The notes below the pieces were generated by a model, which saw nothing but the letters and a program-made list of their open reading frames with translations, was not told the DNA's origin and did not search any database. Positions 1 through 11,870 of a stretch of DNA of 64,000 nucleotides are shown in pieces. This DNA comes from Prorocentrum cordatum (taxonomy: Eukaryota). The stretch spans positions 186,001-250,000 of the forward strand of contig CAUYUJ010000336.1 in the NCBI GenBank assembly GCA_963575745.1, written 5' to 3'. The stretch's first letter is position 1. Each line of letters begins with the position of its first letter. A program made the translations under genes and the position numbers.

Positions 1-1334
1 CCCCAAGACAATTTCCACGTGCGAAGGGGGCACGACCTGCCCAACATGTACGACGATGGTTGCGCACAGCAGCGGGATATGCAAGACGCGTTGCGCCATA
101 CCACCACATGCTCCAGAACGTTCTGGAAGTCCTCCGCCGGAACATTCTCGTCACACGTTTTCGTGGGTCTCCCCACGTTTCTCACCAGCCGTCGCCGAGC
201 TAGACGAGGCAAATCTATCGGCGGCAGTCGCGAGGGAGCAGAACATGCAGTGAACATGCGGATGGCGATGAAGCGAGAGCGATGTCGTCCGCCCGGCATC
301 CTTATAATCAAAAGTCTAAGTCAAGTGTCTCGTCGGTTCCATGCGAGCTCCTGTTCCACAAGCTCGTCAATGGGGTTTCCTACGGCGCTCCTCGCGCATG
401 CGCGCGCAATTGAGGTCCCAAAGGGGCTTCTCTCACACTGTACTCCCCTCCAAGATGTTTTCAAAACCTTCTTCCACGTCCCCAAAAATAGTCATGAACG
501 CCCCAAGAGGCCCCAAGAGGCGATGGCTGCACACGGCAGCTCCCGAGTACAGTGTCCCTCCCCGTTGCACCGATCACTGTTGCAAGAAGGCGAGAGCAAA
601 GGGATCATGCAGGGAAGAAGAGATGGACGACCGGGGAGCGGAGGAGGACGAGGGGAAGGATGAGAGAAGAGGAATGGATGAGGGAGTGGTACATGCCCGA
701 TCAGATCACGCCCCAGAAGTGGTTGCGACATGCACCCATTGTGTTCTGGCGCTAGAACCTAAGCACGCGCGAAGCGCGCGGTTCCCTAAGGAGAAAAGAG
801 GTAATGTGATGAGGAAGAGCTGTCGGAGGGAGGAGAAGGGAGAAAACAGATGAGGGAAACGAGGGGGGATCATAGCTGCCCTTCTCTTATCGAGGCCTCC
901 CTTACCGTATTTTTCACGTGTTCCCACCCGCATGCAGTCGCACCAAGTTGCGAGAGAGGATATGAAGGCATAGCAGAAAAAATACGATGGGAAGTGGGGA
1001 TGCGGACAATCACTCCCGGACTAGATCCTAAGCGTGCGCGAAGCGCACGTGGCTCAAGTGGTGCTATACCTGAAATCACATACGACAGACAAGCGCAAGT
1101 ATGCTTCGTCTGGCGATCCGAACCAACGAGTTCCAGTACATCAAGAGGTATGTTCTTGATGCGTGTTGTCGGCGCCTGTCGCTGATGTTTGTAATCGATG
1201 CATGTTCTCGACATGTGTCCTTGACGTTTAGTCGTTGGGCCTATGTTTGATGTGCGCGGTGCTGATGTGCATAATTGGTGTGTTTTCTTGGTGTATGTTA
1301 TTGGTGATGATGATTGATGTTTGTTTTACACGTC

Positions 1335-1619
1335 TGTTCGACAAGTTCTCCAATTAGTGCTTGCACTGAAAGGTTCCTAGCGGAGACTGAAAGGCTAGGC
1401 AAAGGTTTCGAGCCTCTTTCGGTGGGCGGCCAGGCTCGCTGGTTCCAGGTTTCGATGCGGGGCCTGCAGGTTAGAGCTCTGGGCAGATGTCGGTAAGCTG
1501 CCGGGTTTCTCGGTTGCGCGGTTTCCTTGTTTTTGGTTTTGTTGGTCCAGCTTCTCGTCGAGATAATAAGCAATATTTCGGTTCTTGCGCCCACGGCCAG
1601 GCTGAGAGTTGAGAGAACA
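1335..1619. mobile_element. Candidate solo LTR
   Basis: Bounded by inverted ends TGTTC...GAACA with near-duplicated 4-bp flanks CGTC / TGTC. Confidence 0.4.
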
Positions 1620-1917
1620 TGTCAGAGAGTAAAGGCCAGAAGTGAGCAGAGAGAACAGAGAGTACTGTGAGAGATCAAGGTACTTAATATCGGGATGAGA
1701 GGCCTTATTCGAATAAGCAGGGTAGCATTGTAGAGGAAGGAGGGAGGGATTGATATAGAAAGAAAGAGAGAGATAGAGAGCGAGAGACAGACAGGCAGAC
1801 AGAACGAGAGAGGGGTGAAGTTACACTTGTATGCACATTTAGACACATATGTAGGCTTATCCTGGGGAAGGACCCAGTCATATGCAGCTATGCGTACCGC
1901 AATTGTGAATATCTTTT

Positions 1918-2003
1918 TCGGTGGAGCTCCCTATGGGACCACGAGGCGCTGCTCTGGGTGGTGGTGGGGGGTGCATGCGGGCGGTAGCACTGGTGCCTGC
2001 CGT
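1918..2003 (+). repeat. Left part of a ~70-bp-unit satellite-like element (GGAGCTCCCTATGGGGCCACGAAGCGCTG family) split by LINE-A
   Basis: Same unit resumes at 8475 after the TSD. Confidence 0.85.
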
Positions 2004-2157
2004 TTTTGTTTTGGTGTGGCCAAGCTCGCGCGGCGCGAGCTCAGGTTCAACAGCTGCCGAGGGGCAGCTGTCGGCGGCGGCGAAAGCCTCGGGAAGCCGA
2101 GCAGCAAAGGACCGAGCTGGCCAAACGGGCCAGCTCGCTGCTGCCAAGCCAGACCCG

Positions 2158-5100
2158 TCAGCCTGCCTTCGCCATCGGGCGCGCCCCCTTCGGCGGCAGC
2201 CCTTGCCTGATATTCGCGACCTTCTCGAGGCGGTGCTGCAGGCCTCGAGCGGTCTCGGGCAACTTGCACTCGGCAGGCAAGCCCCTATGCTTACCGCCTA
2301 TCACGCGGGCATGGCAGTGGCAGCGCGTGCACACGCGATACCCATTGACAGTGCACAGCACGTGTTCGCCGCCGTCTACCCCTGGGACCCCTGTGCCAGC
2401 AGTCGCAGAGGCCGAGGCAGCGAGCGGCCCCGAGGATGCAGGCGGACCAGCGGTGTCACGAGTCACTGGGTCGGCCTCGGCGCCGAGCGAGTCCGCCCCC
2501 GAGCTACCACCAGCTCCACCAGTGGGCTCAGTCGTGCCGCTGCCGTGCCGTGCGCTGACCGCGGGCTTGGCAGACGGCGCGGGAGCGGTCGCAAAGACAG
2601 GCGAGGCGGCACCCGATGGGCAAGTGTCGACGCCAACAGAGGGTGCCCCGTCTGCTCGGTCGGCCTCACTCGCGGTCCCGCTCACACAGGAGCCAGTCGC
2701 AGCAGCCAGCAGGAACTCGATTTTTTCCTGAACCGCCATGCGAACCTTGGCCCTGGGCTCGCCGCTGCATCCGATGGGGCCTCGGACTCCCCCCGCAGGG
2801 CTGCGGGCCCGAGAACGGCGCCCCCTCGGGGGCGGCGGTGCGTCCTGCTCGCCAGCCTCGCTGGCCGCCAGCGCTGCAAAGGCTGCGGCTGCTGTGGCCG
2901 CCGTCGCCAACGCCGCTCGAGCAGGCCTCATCCTCACAGAGCCTCCTGAGTGAAAGGGTGCGTGCGGCTTAGCCGCGCACGGTTTGGCCCAGAAGTGGGC
3001 TTTGATGTTGGCGCTGTAGGCGGTCTTCAAGCAGCGCAGGCAGTGGATGCCTCCGTTGGGGGCCTCGACGACCTCGTGGCCCGTGAGGTGGAGGGAGATC
3101 TTGCCTTCCCGCTTGGCCGCCGTCTCATCAGACAGATCAGCACGGGCATCGGCCGCCTGGCCCCCAGCAGCCGCGACCCAGAAGAACGCCGCATCAAGCA
3201 TGGTCTGCCTCGCACGAATCACCTGCCTGATCTCGTCGGTGGCCCCCGTGCGGCTGGCGATGAACGTGGCACACCGATCAGCTCCAATGTTGCCTCGCCT
3301 CGCCCTGGTTGTGACCAGCCCTTCCTGCACGTGCTGCACCGAAGCGCGGGCCTTGACCTTCGCAGCCCGCAGGCCGCCGTCGCCGAGCCCTCCGAAGTCC
3401 TGAATCGCGTGCCATACACGGACCCAGATCTCGGCCCATGCTGACTTGCTGCTCGTAGTGACCTTTGGCCCGCGAGCGTTGATCCCGTCCACAACAAATG
3501 CTGCGTCAAAATGAGCCGTCACTGGTGGTAGACTGAACTTGAGGAGCAGGAGGAGCGCCAGCAACTCGCTCCCGTCGATGGACTGCAGTGGCCCCGCCAG
3601 TGGCGAGGCGAGGGCTCGCGTGGCTGACCCTGGCCCTGGGTCCACGCTGTCGCCACTCGGCGGAAGGGCCACCACCGCACAGCCAGCACAGGCGACCTGG
3701 GCCCCCCCGTCGATGAAGGCGCCGTCGGCGTACAAGTCGGGCACAGCAAACGGCAAGCCCTCCTCGTAGCCCTTGGTCCACTGCGCATGTGCAAGGAGGT
3801 CGTCGCCAGGCGGTGCCCACCCTGCGCGTGGCCCGGGTAGCCACAACCGACCGAACAGCGTTCTGATCGTGGTGGAGTCGCCCATGCCCTTTGAAGCGCT
3901 CCAGCTCCACCGGCAGCGAGAGGTTGGGCCATGCATCCTGGCACTCCATGTGTCGATGCCACAACGCGCCTAGCTTGTCAGGGCACAGCGAGCATACCGA
4001 GCACGAGCTGAGGCCTGCAGCACAGCGTCTCTCGTTTAGCCACTGACCGTCAACCAGGCACGATCTGGCGCACCCAGCCTCGCTAGGGGTCAAAGTCCTC
4101 CAGCTCCGCGCCACCTTGGTTGAACCTCTCCCCGACATGATCCACCGTCGGACTTGCGGCAAGAAGACCCCCCTGGCTTCGGAAATCCCGTAGCGCGTGG
4201 GCTTTGCCAGCTGCGCCAGCTGCCAGTGCTCGACGGACTTGGTGACGATCTGCCCCGCCGTCCACGGCGAGTGAACTGCCACATTGAGCTTCTCGCCAGC
4301 CTCGGAGACCCACTCAGCGAAGGCGGACGTCGTGAAGCCGATCTTCTGCAGCGACTTGACCGCGGCTCCGATCGGTCCGCGCACGTCAGACCAGATCTTG
4401 GCCACCTTCACGTTCCACTCGAAGGTGGTCCTGGGCATCGACGTCGGGATCCACTGCTCCCAGACTGCCCGAGCCTGCATCATCACGGGCCCAAGCGCGG
4501 CGGCGAAAATGGGGTCCAGGGTCCTGGCCCCTGAGAGCATCAGCACTGCAGTGGCGCTCTTGCCTGCTGGTCGGGCATCCACGGCTCTGACAGTGATGGG
4601 CCCCATCTTGGACAGCTCGCTCTCGTTGTGGCCAGTGCAGTTGACGCCGTAGAGGGCCGAATTGTGCAAGCCAGTGTAGGCAACCTTGGCAGCCGCGGCG
4701 CGCCCTTTCCTTAGCCCAAGAAAACTGCGCACCTTGCCCATGCGCAACTCGACATTGGCGAACCGCTGCTGCCGAATCGCCCTAACTGCTCGTCGCCCTT
4801 CAGCACGATCGATGCCGAGGTTCCTCGCGCGGCGCGCGCCAAGCACCCCTGCAACCTTGAGCAGCCGCCTGGAGATATTGCTGCGGACCCCAGTGGAGTT
4901 ACCCAGGACCCTGGACTTCTTGACGGCGGTTTTGAGCTTCACCTGCTTCAAATGCTGCACGAGGTGCCGTGTGGCACCTACCAGGTCATCCTGCACTTTC
5001 TCAGCGCTGCCCCAGCGCTGCAGCACTAGGTCGTCGACCACGATCGCTGGCGCGACAGCCCCGAACTTTGCGACCATCTCGTCCAGCGGATGCAGCAGCA

Positions 5101-7240
5101 TGAGCTTCATGAAGCCCGTGGCGAACGCATCCCCTGTGAGCACCGTCTGGTATACCTGCAGCTCCTGCGAGCAGCACCCGTCTAAGTGCAGGACCCGCGG
5201 CGCGCGATACAGCGAAATCTGCAGCTTGGCCAGCCACAGCGGGTACCCTTACTTGGTGGCCGCTTGCACCAGGCCCTGATGAGAGACTTGCTCGGACGCC
5301 TTCCACAGGTCGAGCAGGATGCTGGCAGATGCCCAGTCCTGGTCGGGATGCAGCTCCGCCATCATCGCGACCCACTCGGACCTCGTCTGCTGTTGCCACA
5401 CCGCTCTGTCGCAAGAGCGACCCGAAGAAGCCCACCAGTAGGGCCTGTCATTGTCCTTCTCCCACCTTTGCATGAGGGGCCTCCTGAGCCTTCCGTGCAC
5501 ACGTATCACCGCGGCAAGAAGGGCAATGGGACGAAGGCCCCCGTCTGCTTTGGGAATGAAGGCCATTTTTGTGATGAAAGAGCTGGGCCAGTCGGCCTTC
5601 GCCTCGATGGCCATGATGAGGTCAACTGGCGCCTCGATGCCTTGGTCGTCCATGAGATTGAACTCACAGGGCCGTAAGCTGTCGAAATTGGACCCTGACT
5701 GAGGCCTGAAAGACGAGATCACCTTCCGCAGCTCGGCGACTGAAGGTCTACCGGGGCGCTCTCCGAGATCTTGCGGCCATGCAGCGTGGTGCTTCGCAGG
5801 CTCTTGCTCGCGCGGTGCCGCCGCATCCCAGTGACCCGACCACTCGTCCACTAGCGTCTGCAGGCTTTGCTGGATGGTGGACGGCGGCTCGCCGTCTGGC
5901 TTGGCGGGCTTCGCGTTCCAGCTCTGCGCCATCTTGGTGGCCGCGTGGATGCCGCCTGTGCCCGTGGCCACAGAGTGCAGGACCCACTCGTTGTAGTTCT
6001 GGGAGGCCTGGTCCATGTCGGCCTTGACCACCTTCTCCGACCAGCTGAAGCAAGCCGCACTGAGAACGTCCAGCTGCGAGAGGGAGTAGATGCTGGCCCA
6101 CGTGGCTATCACGTGAATGGCGCGCTGCAGCTCGCCGAGCTCGGACGGGCGCCTGCTGACCAGCTTGCGCATGGCACGGAGCGCGCCCAGCCTTGTGAGC
6201 GGGCGCTCGATCTGCGCAGCATCCCTGAGGCAGATGGCGATCGCCCTGCACCCCGTCGATGCACGCCTGGCCCTTCGCAGTCTCGGCGGCGACGGCGCCG
6301 TAGCCGAAGTGCTCGCAAGCCAGGGTCGCTGCCCTCGGCCTGCGTACCTGTCGTGCTCATGGAGGAGCCCACACGCGTCGATCATGTTGGTCTCCGCCTG
6401 GCCGATGAAGATGCGCCACATGCAGTCCAAGTCGTTGGTGTTGGCGATCTTCTCCCGCACCTCTTCCCAGGCAGGTGCGTGGTCCCGCGAGCAGCGCGCT
6501 AGCGGCTTGGCCAGCGGCAGCTGCTTCGCAGTGCGCATGGCCGTGATGTCCTGGTGCCTGCTGGGCCCGAGCAGCTCGAGCGCGACAGGGTAGTGCGGGT
6601 TGAGGTCGAGCCCGTGAATGACGCTGGCCGTGGCCCTTCGAAAGCACCTGGAGACCACGAAGTAGTCGATGATCCTGCCAGCTGGCCTGCATGTGGCCTC
6701 AGTGGGTGCTGCCACCGCCGCCTGCGCAGCCTGGAGCCAGCCCGACTCTGCCAAGACCGACGGTTCCATGTTGAGGTCCCCTCCGACGACGAAGGGCCTG
6801 TTGGCAGCCTGGGGCGCCCTGAGCACCGCGTACAGCGTATATGCGTTGCTCTTGTTGAGGCCGACGTTGACCTCCAAATAGATGTTGACCCACGCGATGC
6901 CGCCTCTGCAGACGCCGTTGAAGCACAGCTGGCCTGCCGAGCAGGTCGAAAGGCCCGAGCCCAAGATGCTGGGGCGCCATCTGCACGAGGCCTCCACTGC
7001 CCTGGGGGCCTGGCCCAGCGTTGATCGCTGGTGCTGCCTCCGGGACCCATCCGAACCTGCGGAGTTGACCCATCTGTGCATCGTGTGTGCGCCGCGAATC
7101 CAGGTGCGTCTCCTGGACGGCCACGAAATCGCAGCGCCTGGCCGTGGAGGTGCCCAGCAGGTTGGCGAACCGAGACCAGGCGTTGCAGTTGACCGCAAGC
7201 CCGACCCACCGCCTGCCTTGCTCGTCCGACCCGCGGGGCA
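2158..7240 (-). pseudogene. LINE-A ORF2 polyprotein: APE endonuclease, reverse transcriptase, RNase H, Cys/His-rich C-terminus; several frameshifts
   Basis: APE: AVNCNAW..DFVAVQETH, VVGGDLNM, RIIDYFVVS, NPHYPV. RT: FIPKADGGLRPIALL, LLDLWKASEQVSH, IVVDDLVL. RNase H: LYADGA, SELLAL, HFDAAFVVDG, GNIGADRCA. C-terminal HCLRC and CTRCHC. Split across ORFs 6699-8627, 5249-7198, 3506-5143 and 2158-3936. Confidence 0.9.
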
Positions 7241-7275
7241 GGGTCGACGACCGACTGCCGCCGATCGCCGCGCTG

Positions 7276-8274
7276 CTACCCTCCCGCGGTGCGTGACCGC
7301 TTGGCCGCCCCGAGGGTGTCGAGCGCTTCCTGGGGCCGCTTCCTGTCGTTGTCGTCCGACGCGCTGCCGAGGAGCGCCCCAGGGTCGTCGCAGCCCATGA
7401 ACTTATCGAAGACGTCCCCTTCTGGCTGAGCCAGGGGGGTGTTCTCTTGATCGGCCCCGCCAGCCGCGCCAGCACCTGCTCCTTCAGCACCGCTTGCGGC
7501 AAGGCCGCCCCGCTGCTGTTCAGGCCCAGGAGGAGGGCCAGCGGCTGCAGCCGAGGTGGCCATCTCGCCCAAGAGCTTGGCGAGGCTGTCCACAACGTCT
7601 GCTCCAGACTTGCCCTCGGTGTCGATGGTGGCGACCTTCCCCTTGAGCGTGCGGATGGTTTCCTCCGCAGTGGTGGCCGAGTAGAGCTTGGCTGCCTGCT
7701 TCTTCGCCTCCTCGAGCTCCGCCTTGCGGTCCGCGAGGGCCTTCTCCGCGTCCGCGAGCGCCTCCAAGGCCTTGCGCGAGCTCGCCAAGAGGCGTTCACG
7801 CTTGGCAGCTGCGCCGGCGACGGCGAGGGAGGCCTGGTCGACCGCCAAGGGGAGCTTCCCCGCCTCAGTGCCCAAGACTCCAGCGGCTGCCTTTCTGCGT
7901 GCCAGCTCGACGTTGTCGCGACTGCTGCCGGAGAGAACATCCTTGACGAGTTCGTACGACTCCAGAGCCATGGCGGCGTAGGCCGCGATCTTGTCGGGGC
8001 CAAGGGCAACGGTGGTGCTGGCGTTGGGCCCTCCTCCGTTAGGTCCGAGCCCTTTGCCACCGCGCCCTTTGCCGCCGCCCTTGGGACCTTTGTGCCAAGG
8101 GGCCCCTTCTCTTCCGCCTCCGACTGCCCACTTGCCACGTGGCCTGACCTCGGCGTCGTTCGCCGCAGGCGCGCTGCGGTCCGAGTGCTTGCCCTTGCAG
8201 CCAGCCCTGATGCAGAGGGAGAGGCGCTGCGGGGCATAGCCACCACAACGCGCACGCTGCCAGCATTTCGCCAT
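7276..8274 (-). CDS. LINE-A ORF1 (N-terminal Cys cluster, Gly/Lys-rich linker, coiled coil)
   Basis: In-frame ATG at 8274 gives MAKCWQRARCGGYAPQRLSLCIRAGCKG. Coiled-coil-like segment ERLLASSRKALEALADAEKALADRKAELEEAKK. Lies between the SL and ORF2. Confidence 0.7.
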   Translation of the reverse strand: MAKCWQRARCGGYAPQRLSLCIRAGCKGKHSDRSAPAANDAEVRPRGKWAVGGGREGAPWHKGPKGGGKGRGGKGLGPNGGGPNASTTVALGPDKIAAYAAMALESYELVKDVLSGSSRDNVELARRKAAAGVLGTEAGKLPLAVDQASLAVAGAAAKRERLLASSRKALEALADAEKALADRKAELEEAKKQAAKLYSATTAEETIRTLKGKVATIDTEGKSGADVVDSLAKLLGEMATSAAAAGPPPGPEQQRGGLAASGAEGAGAGAAGGADQENTPLAQPEGDVFDKFMGCDDPGALLGSASDDNDRKRPQEALDTLGAAKRSRTAGG

Positions 8275-8449
8275 GAGAGCAGGAAGACCCAGGCAACCAG
8301 GCCGAGGAGGAAGACCGCGCACCCTCGGGCAGAGGGAGGCAGGTGGTACCCAGGGGCGGACCTGGCACCACAAAAGGATGGATCGCGAGCTCGGGGAACA
8401 GAGCTATCCCGTGTGTGCCAGGAGGCTAGCAGCCCCCCAAGCATTGGGT

Positions 8450-8471
8450 CTTGAGCCAAAATGGCTACGGA
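8450..8471 (-). other. Dinoflagellate spliced leader, perfect 22-mer TCCGTAGCCATTTTGGCTCAAG, at the 5' end of LINE-A
   Basis: Plus strand reads CTTGAGCCAAAATGGCTACGGA, the exact reverse complement of DinoSL. It is followed by ACCC rather than a GT donor, so this is not an SL-RNA gene. Confidence 0.97.
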
Positions 8472-8474
8472 CCG

Positions 8475-9010
8475 CTGGTGCCTGCCGTCGGTGGAGCTCC
8501 GCATGGGGCCACGAGGCGCTGTACTGGGTGGTGGGTGGGGGGGGGGGCGCATGCGGGCGGCAGCGCTGGGGCCGTCGGTGGAGCTCCCTATGGGGCCACG
8601 AAGCGCTGTGCTGGGTGGGGGGCGCAAGCGGGGTGTAGCACTGGAGCCGTCGGTGGAGCTCCCTATGCGGCCACGAAGCGCTGCACTGGGTGGGGGGGAA
8701 GCATGCGGGCGGTAGCACTGGGGCCGTCAGTGGAGCTCCCTAGGGGGCCACGAAGCGCTGTACTGGGTGGGGGGACGCATGCCGGCGGTAGCATCGGGTC
8801 GGTGGAGTTCCCTAGGGGGCCCACGAACCGCTGCACTGGGTGGGGGGGACGCATGTGGGCGGTAGCATTTGGGCCTTCGGTGGAGTTTCGTAGGGGGCCA
8901 CGAAGCGCTGTATTGGGTGGGTGAAACGCAGGGAGGAGAAAGGAGGCGGGAGGAAAACGCGGGGCGCCGTCTTTTCAAAACGAGGACCCAACATCATAGG
9001 ATGGTTGGGA
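8475..9010 (+). repeat. ~70-bp-unit tandem array with conserved terminus TCTTTTCAAAACGAGGACCCAA...GGTTGGGAA
   Basis: About 6 degenerate units, then a terminus shared with 38583-38625. Confidence 0.85.
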
Positions 9011-10944
9011 ACAACGTATTACACCAGAGAACACCCAAATCAGTGGGTGCTTTGACAAGTAGTGACATGGACATTGAGATCGGCAGTTATATCGATAGCA
9101 AAATTGATGGTGATGACGATATTAAGTTCGTTCGTGAGACCGATCGTGAAGTCGCTTCAGTAAGATTACTAGTAATATCGACCGTGGTATCACTCGTGCG
9201 ATCTACAATGAGATCGACTGTGAGATCGATTATGATATCGATGGTGAGTTCGACATAGTGGTGGGTAGTGACATCGCTGGTGAGATCGATCGACAAGGAG
9301 ATCGAACAGGAACCCAGAAACCCGGTAACGCCCACCGAAATCGGCCCCAGAACCAGCAACTGGGAATTTTGGACCCCCCCGAATTGGGGACCCGGGAACA
9401 CCCGACCGCCCACCCAAATTGGCCCGAAACTTTCGCCAAACAACATCCGCTAGGACCCCCTTCGGTGCAAGCATTAATTGCGGCATTTGGTGGCCCAGTC
9501 CATTGCACGGCATGCCATTGATCACATCGGATGTTTCCGTGAATTTGCCCGGATTCCCTCTGCAAGGGTTTGTGATGTGGTTTGTCCGTTCGTCGTTTCT
9601 TCCGTTTTCCTCTGTCTTCTCTCTAACTCGTTTGAGTTGAATGTCTACATGTATTTCTATTTATAGAGAGAAAAATTATTTGTGAGCACTGTCGGGATGA
9701 TAGAGTAGAACGTCAATCTAGGTGCGTTTGCGTCATATACAACGTCATGCCCCTCTTTTGCATCACTTACCACTGTGTAGAAACCCTCTCTATTCGCGCA
9801 ATCGGAGAGCACGGCAGAGCGAAGCATAGCATGGCATGATGTGGCAGTTTTTGGCCAAGCGTCGCATACTCAAGCATTGCAGCGCAATGCATTGTATCGC
9901 ATAGCGGTACATACTATAGCATTGCATGACATGCCATGGCATGACACGAGATATGGCATGGAATGCCATTGCGTAGCAAAGCAAGGCATGTAATCGCATA
10001 TCGGTAGATAAAGACAAGGCGGCGGGGGACGAGGGTGGACCACATGCGGAGAGGGACACCCTTGGCGCTATGCGGAGCTTCACCGAGTTGGGCCCTTCGC
10101 TGGGCTACTCGTGATTCTTGCCATCCAGGAGGCTCAGATGGCCCATGATTCAGGCGAGACGAAGTAGCATGAGGCACTCAGGAAACGCCGTGGGACGCTT
10201 GAGGTGGACCGCCCCCTGGGCGTGATGCTCCAGCACCAACGCGCGAGCCTTCCTCCTCCTCCTCCTCCTCCTCCTCCTGCACATGCGTTGCTCCGTCCGC
10301 ACCAGCGACAACGCGCGAGCCTTCCAGCGCTCCAGCGCGCCTGCTGGGCCTTTTCTTTGGAGCCGTCCCCAGGACGTTGACAGGCGCCTCGCTTTGCCTC
10401 GCCTCCCTTTTACGCTCGGCAAGCTTCAGCGACGGTGCTGTTGCGTTCCTCGGCGTCTCGAACTCTTTCTTCTGGGTGATTACAGACGCAAACATTATGA
10501 GAGGACGAGTGCAAGGGGATAAAAGCGTGATGTGCGGCAATAGTGCTGAGAAGAATGTGGAACAGACGAGATAAGTTGGATTATCAGAACGACAAATCAA
10601 GATTAAGCGCAGTGTCACGGACTTGACCCACCCTCCCCTCATCAAAACCACACCCACCCCAATCTCTCTCTATATATATATATGTATATAGAAATAATGA
10701 CCCTCACCGAGGGTTCTCCTCCTCCTCCGCCTCTTCCTCCTACCCGTAGCCTACCCGATGACCAGTCGCGCCGCGGCCGAGCGCTCGCCTGGGAATCCCG
10801 GCGCGCCGGTCGGGCGGGCCGGCGCCCAGGGTCCGCAGACGAGGGGCGCCAGCCGAGGGGCTGGAGGCACGGCTGCGCGCCGCCGTGCGTGGAGCGGCTG
10901 GTGCATAGGGCGGCTCCGCCTGCACGGCCTGCTCCTAGAGGAGG

Positions 10945-11072
10945 AAGAGGTACCCCGATTCCCCTTTTTGGGCCTCCTGGGAGGCCCTCGTCGCCACCGC
11001 TGGATTCGCCTCGAAATGTTGGTCAGACGCGCTCCAGGAGAGGTCCGGGGAGTAGCGGTATGGGTACCTTTT
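10945..11072. mobile_element. MITE-like element, copy 1 (TIR core AAAAGGTACC)
   Basis: AAGAGGTACCC...GGGTACCTTTT; internal sequence homologous to 39081-39224. Confidence 0.55.
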
Positions 11073-11294
11073 GCTTCCTCCAGGCTCGCGCCGCGTCCCC
11101 GGGACGGCGTCGGTTACGCGTAAGAAGTACCTTTCGCCAGAGTGAGCTTTGGTGCGGGCTCACGGGGGACCCCCAGGCACTGGCCTGCGCGCTTTGACTT
11201 GGCCCCTGCAGGGCCCCCTAAGCCGCGCATCAAAAGTCAGTGTTCCCTAGGTCCACTCTTGCGTGCAGCAAAGACGGAGGCGCGGGCGTTCAGG

Positions 11295-11870
11295 GCTGAA
11301 ACATCACTTGTGGGAGTTCCTCGCAGATTTCCTTGGATCGGCGCTGGGCCCCCCTGGCAGCGCCTCCGGCGCCGTCCCTGGCGCACTGGCGCGCGTTGCG
11401 CGCCAGGGAGGGGGGCCCCGCGCCGATCCCAGAAATCCGCGCGGAGCTTCCACAGTTGACGTTTAATGCCGTTCTGGGCCAACTCTGAACGGTCTCCGCT
11501 GTCGGGGTTCGGGTATCGTTCAAGGCTGAACGATCCGCGCAGGGTCGGATGCCAGCGCCCACGTCGCGACGGGAGCCTGCCGTGAACCTGCACTGATCCT
11601 CGCCAGGCTCATCCTGGGCCCCGGATGGTGGATCACGTCCCTTGGCGGCGCGCTCAAGGTGGTGGCGCGAGTTGGGAGGCCTCCTAAGAAGGTGGCGCGC
11701 TTCTCAGAAGGCATGGACCTTCTTAGAGGGGCCTGGCGGCTTCTCCGAAGGCTTCTTGGAAGCAGGGAGGGCTTCTAAGAAGGCCCGTGCCTGCCTTCTT
11801 AGATGCTTGCCCTTCCTCTTGGAAGGCCGCCCCCCTCGCGCTACCCCCCAGTGCGCGCCGCCATGTCCTC
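11295..11870 (+). repeat. Dispersed GC-rich repeat with CTTCTCAGAAGG subrepeats
   Basis: 11300-11450 resembles 55040-55190, 11815-11860 resembles 54560-54610, and the CTTCT(C/G)AGAAGG units recur at 56895-57360. Confidence 0.55.

Larger units (their letters stand above)
2004..8474 (-). mobile_element. Full-length non-LTR retrotransposon LINE-A (ORF1 + APE-RT-RNase H ORF2), 5' SL-capped, frameshifted
   Basis: Flanked by the 14-bp direct repeat CTGGTGCCTGCCGT (1990-2003 and 8475-8488). A-rich tail appears as TTTTTGTTTT at 2003-2012 on +. Perfect SL at 8450-8471. APE, RT and RNase H motifs occur in order on the minus strand. Confidence 0.93.

Noticed and set aside
1050..1058. TGGCTCAAG as a fourth SL relic
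   Set aside because: It aligns with TGGTTCTAG of the hairpin micro-element, is only 9 nt, and has no upstream SL sequence.
1921..7400. Long plus-strand ORFs overlapping LINE-A
   Set aside because: Antisense shadows of the GC-rich minus-strand coding sequence.
8450..8471. SL RNA gene
   Set aside because: The SL is not followed by a GT donor or SL intron and lies inside a LINE TSD. LINE-B and LINE-C SL copies also lack a GT donor.
8475..8930. CRISPR-like array (also 27880-28980 and 37757-38500)
   Set aside because: The whole unit is repeated and degenerate, with no unique spacers and no cas genes, in a eukaryotic context.
10744..10751. CCGTAGCC matching the SL 5' half
   Set aside because: An 8-nt match is expected by chance and does not continue into ATTTTGG.
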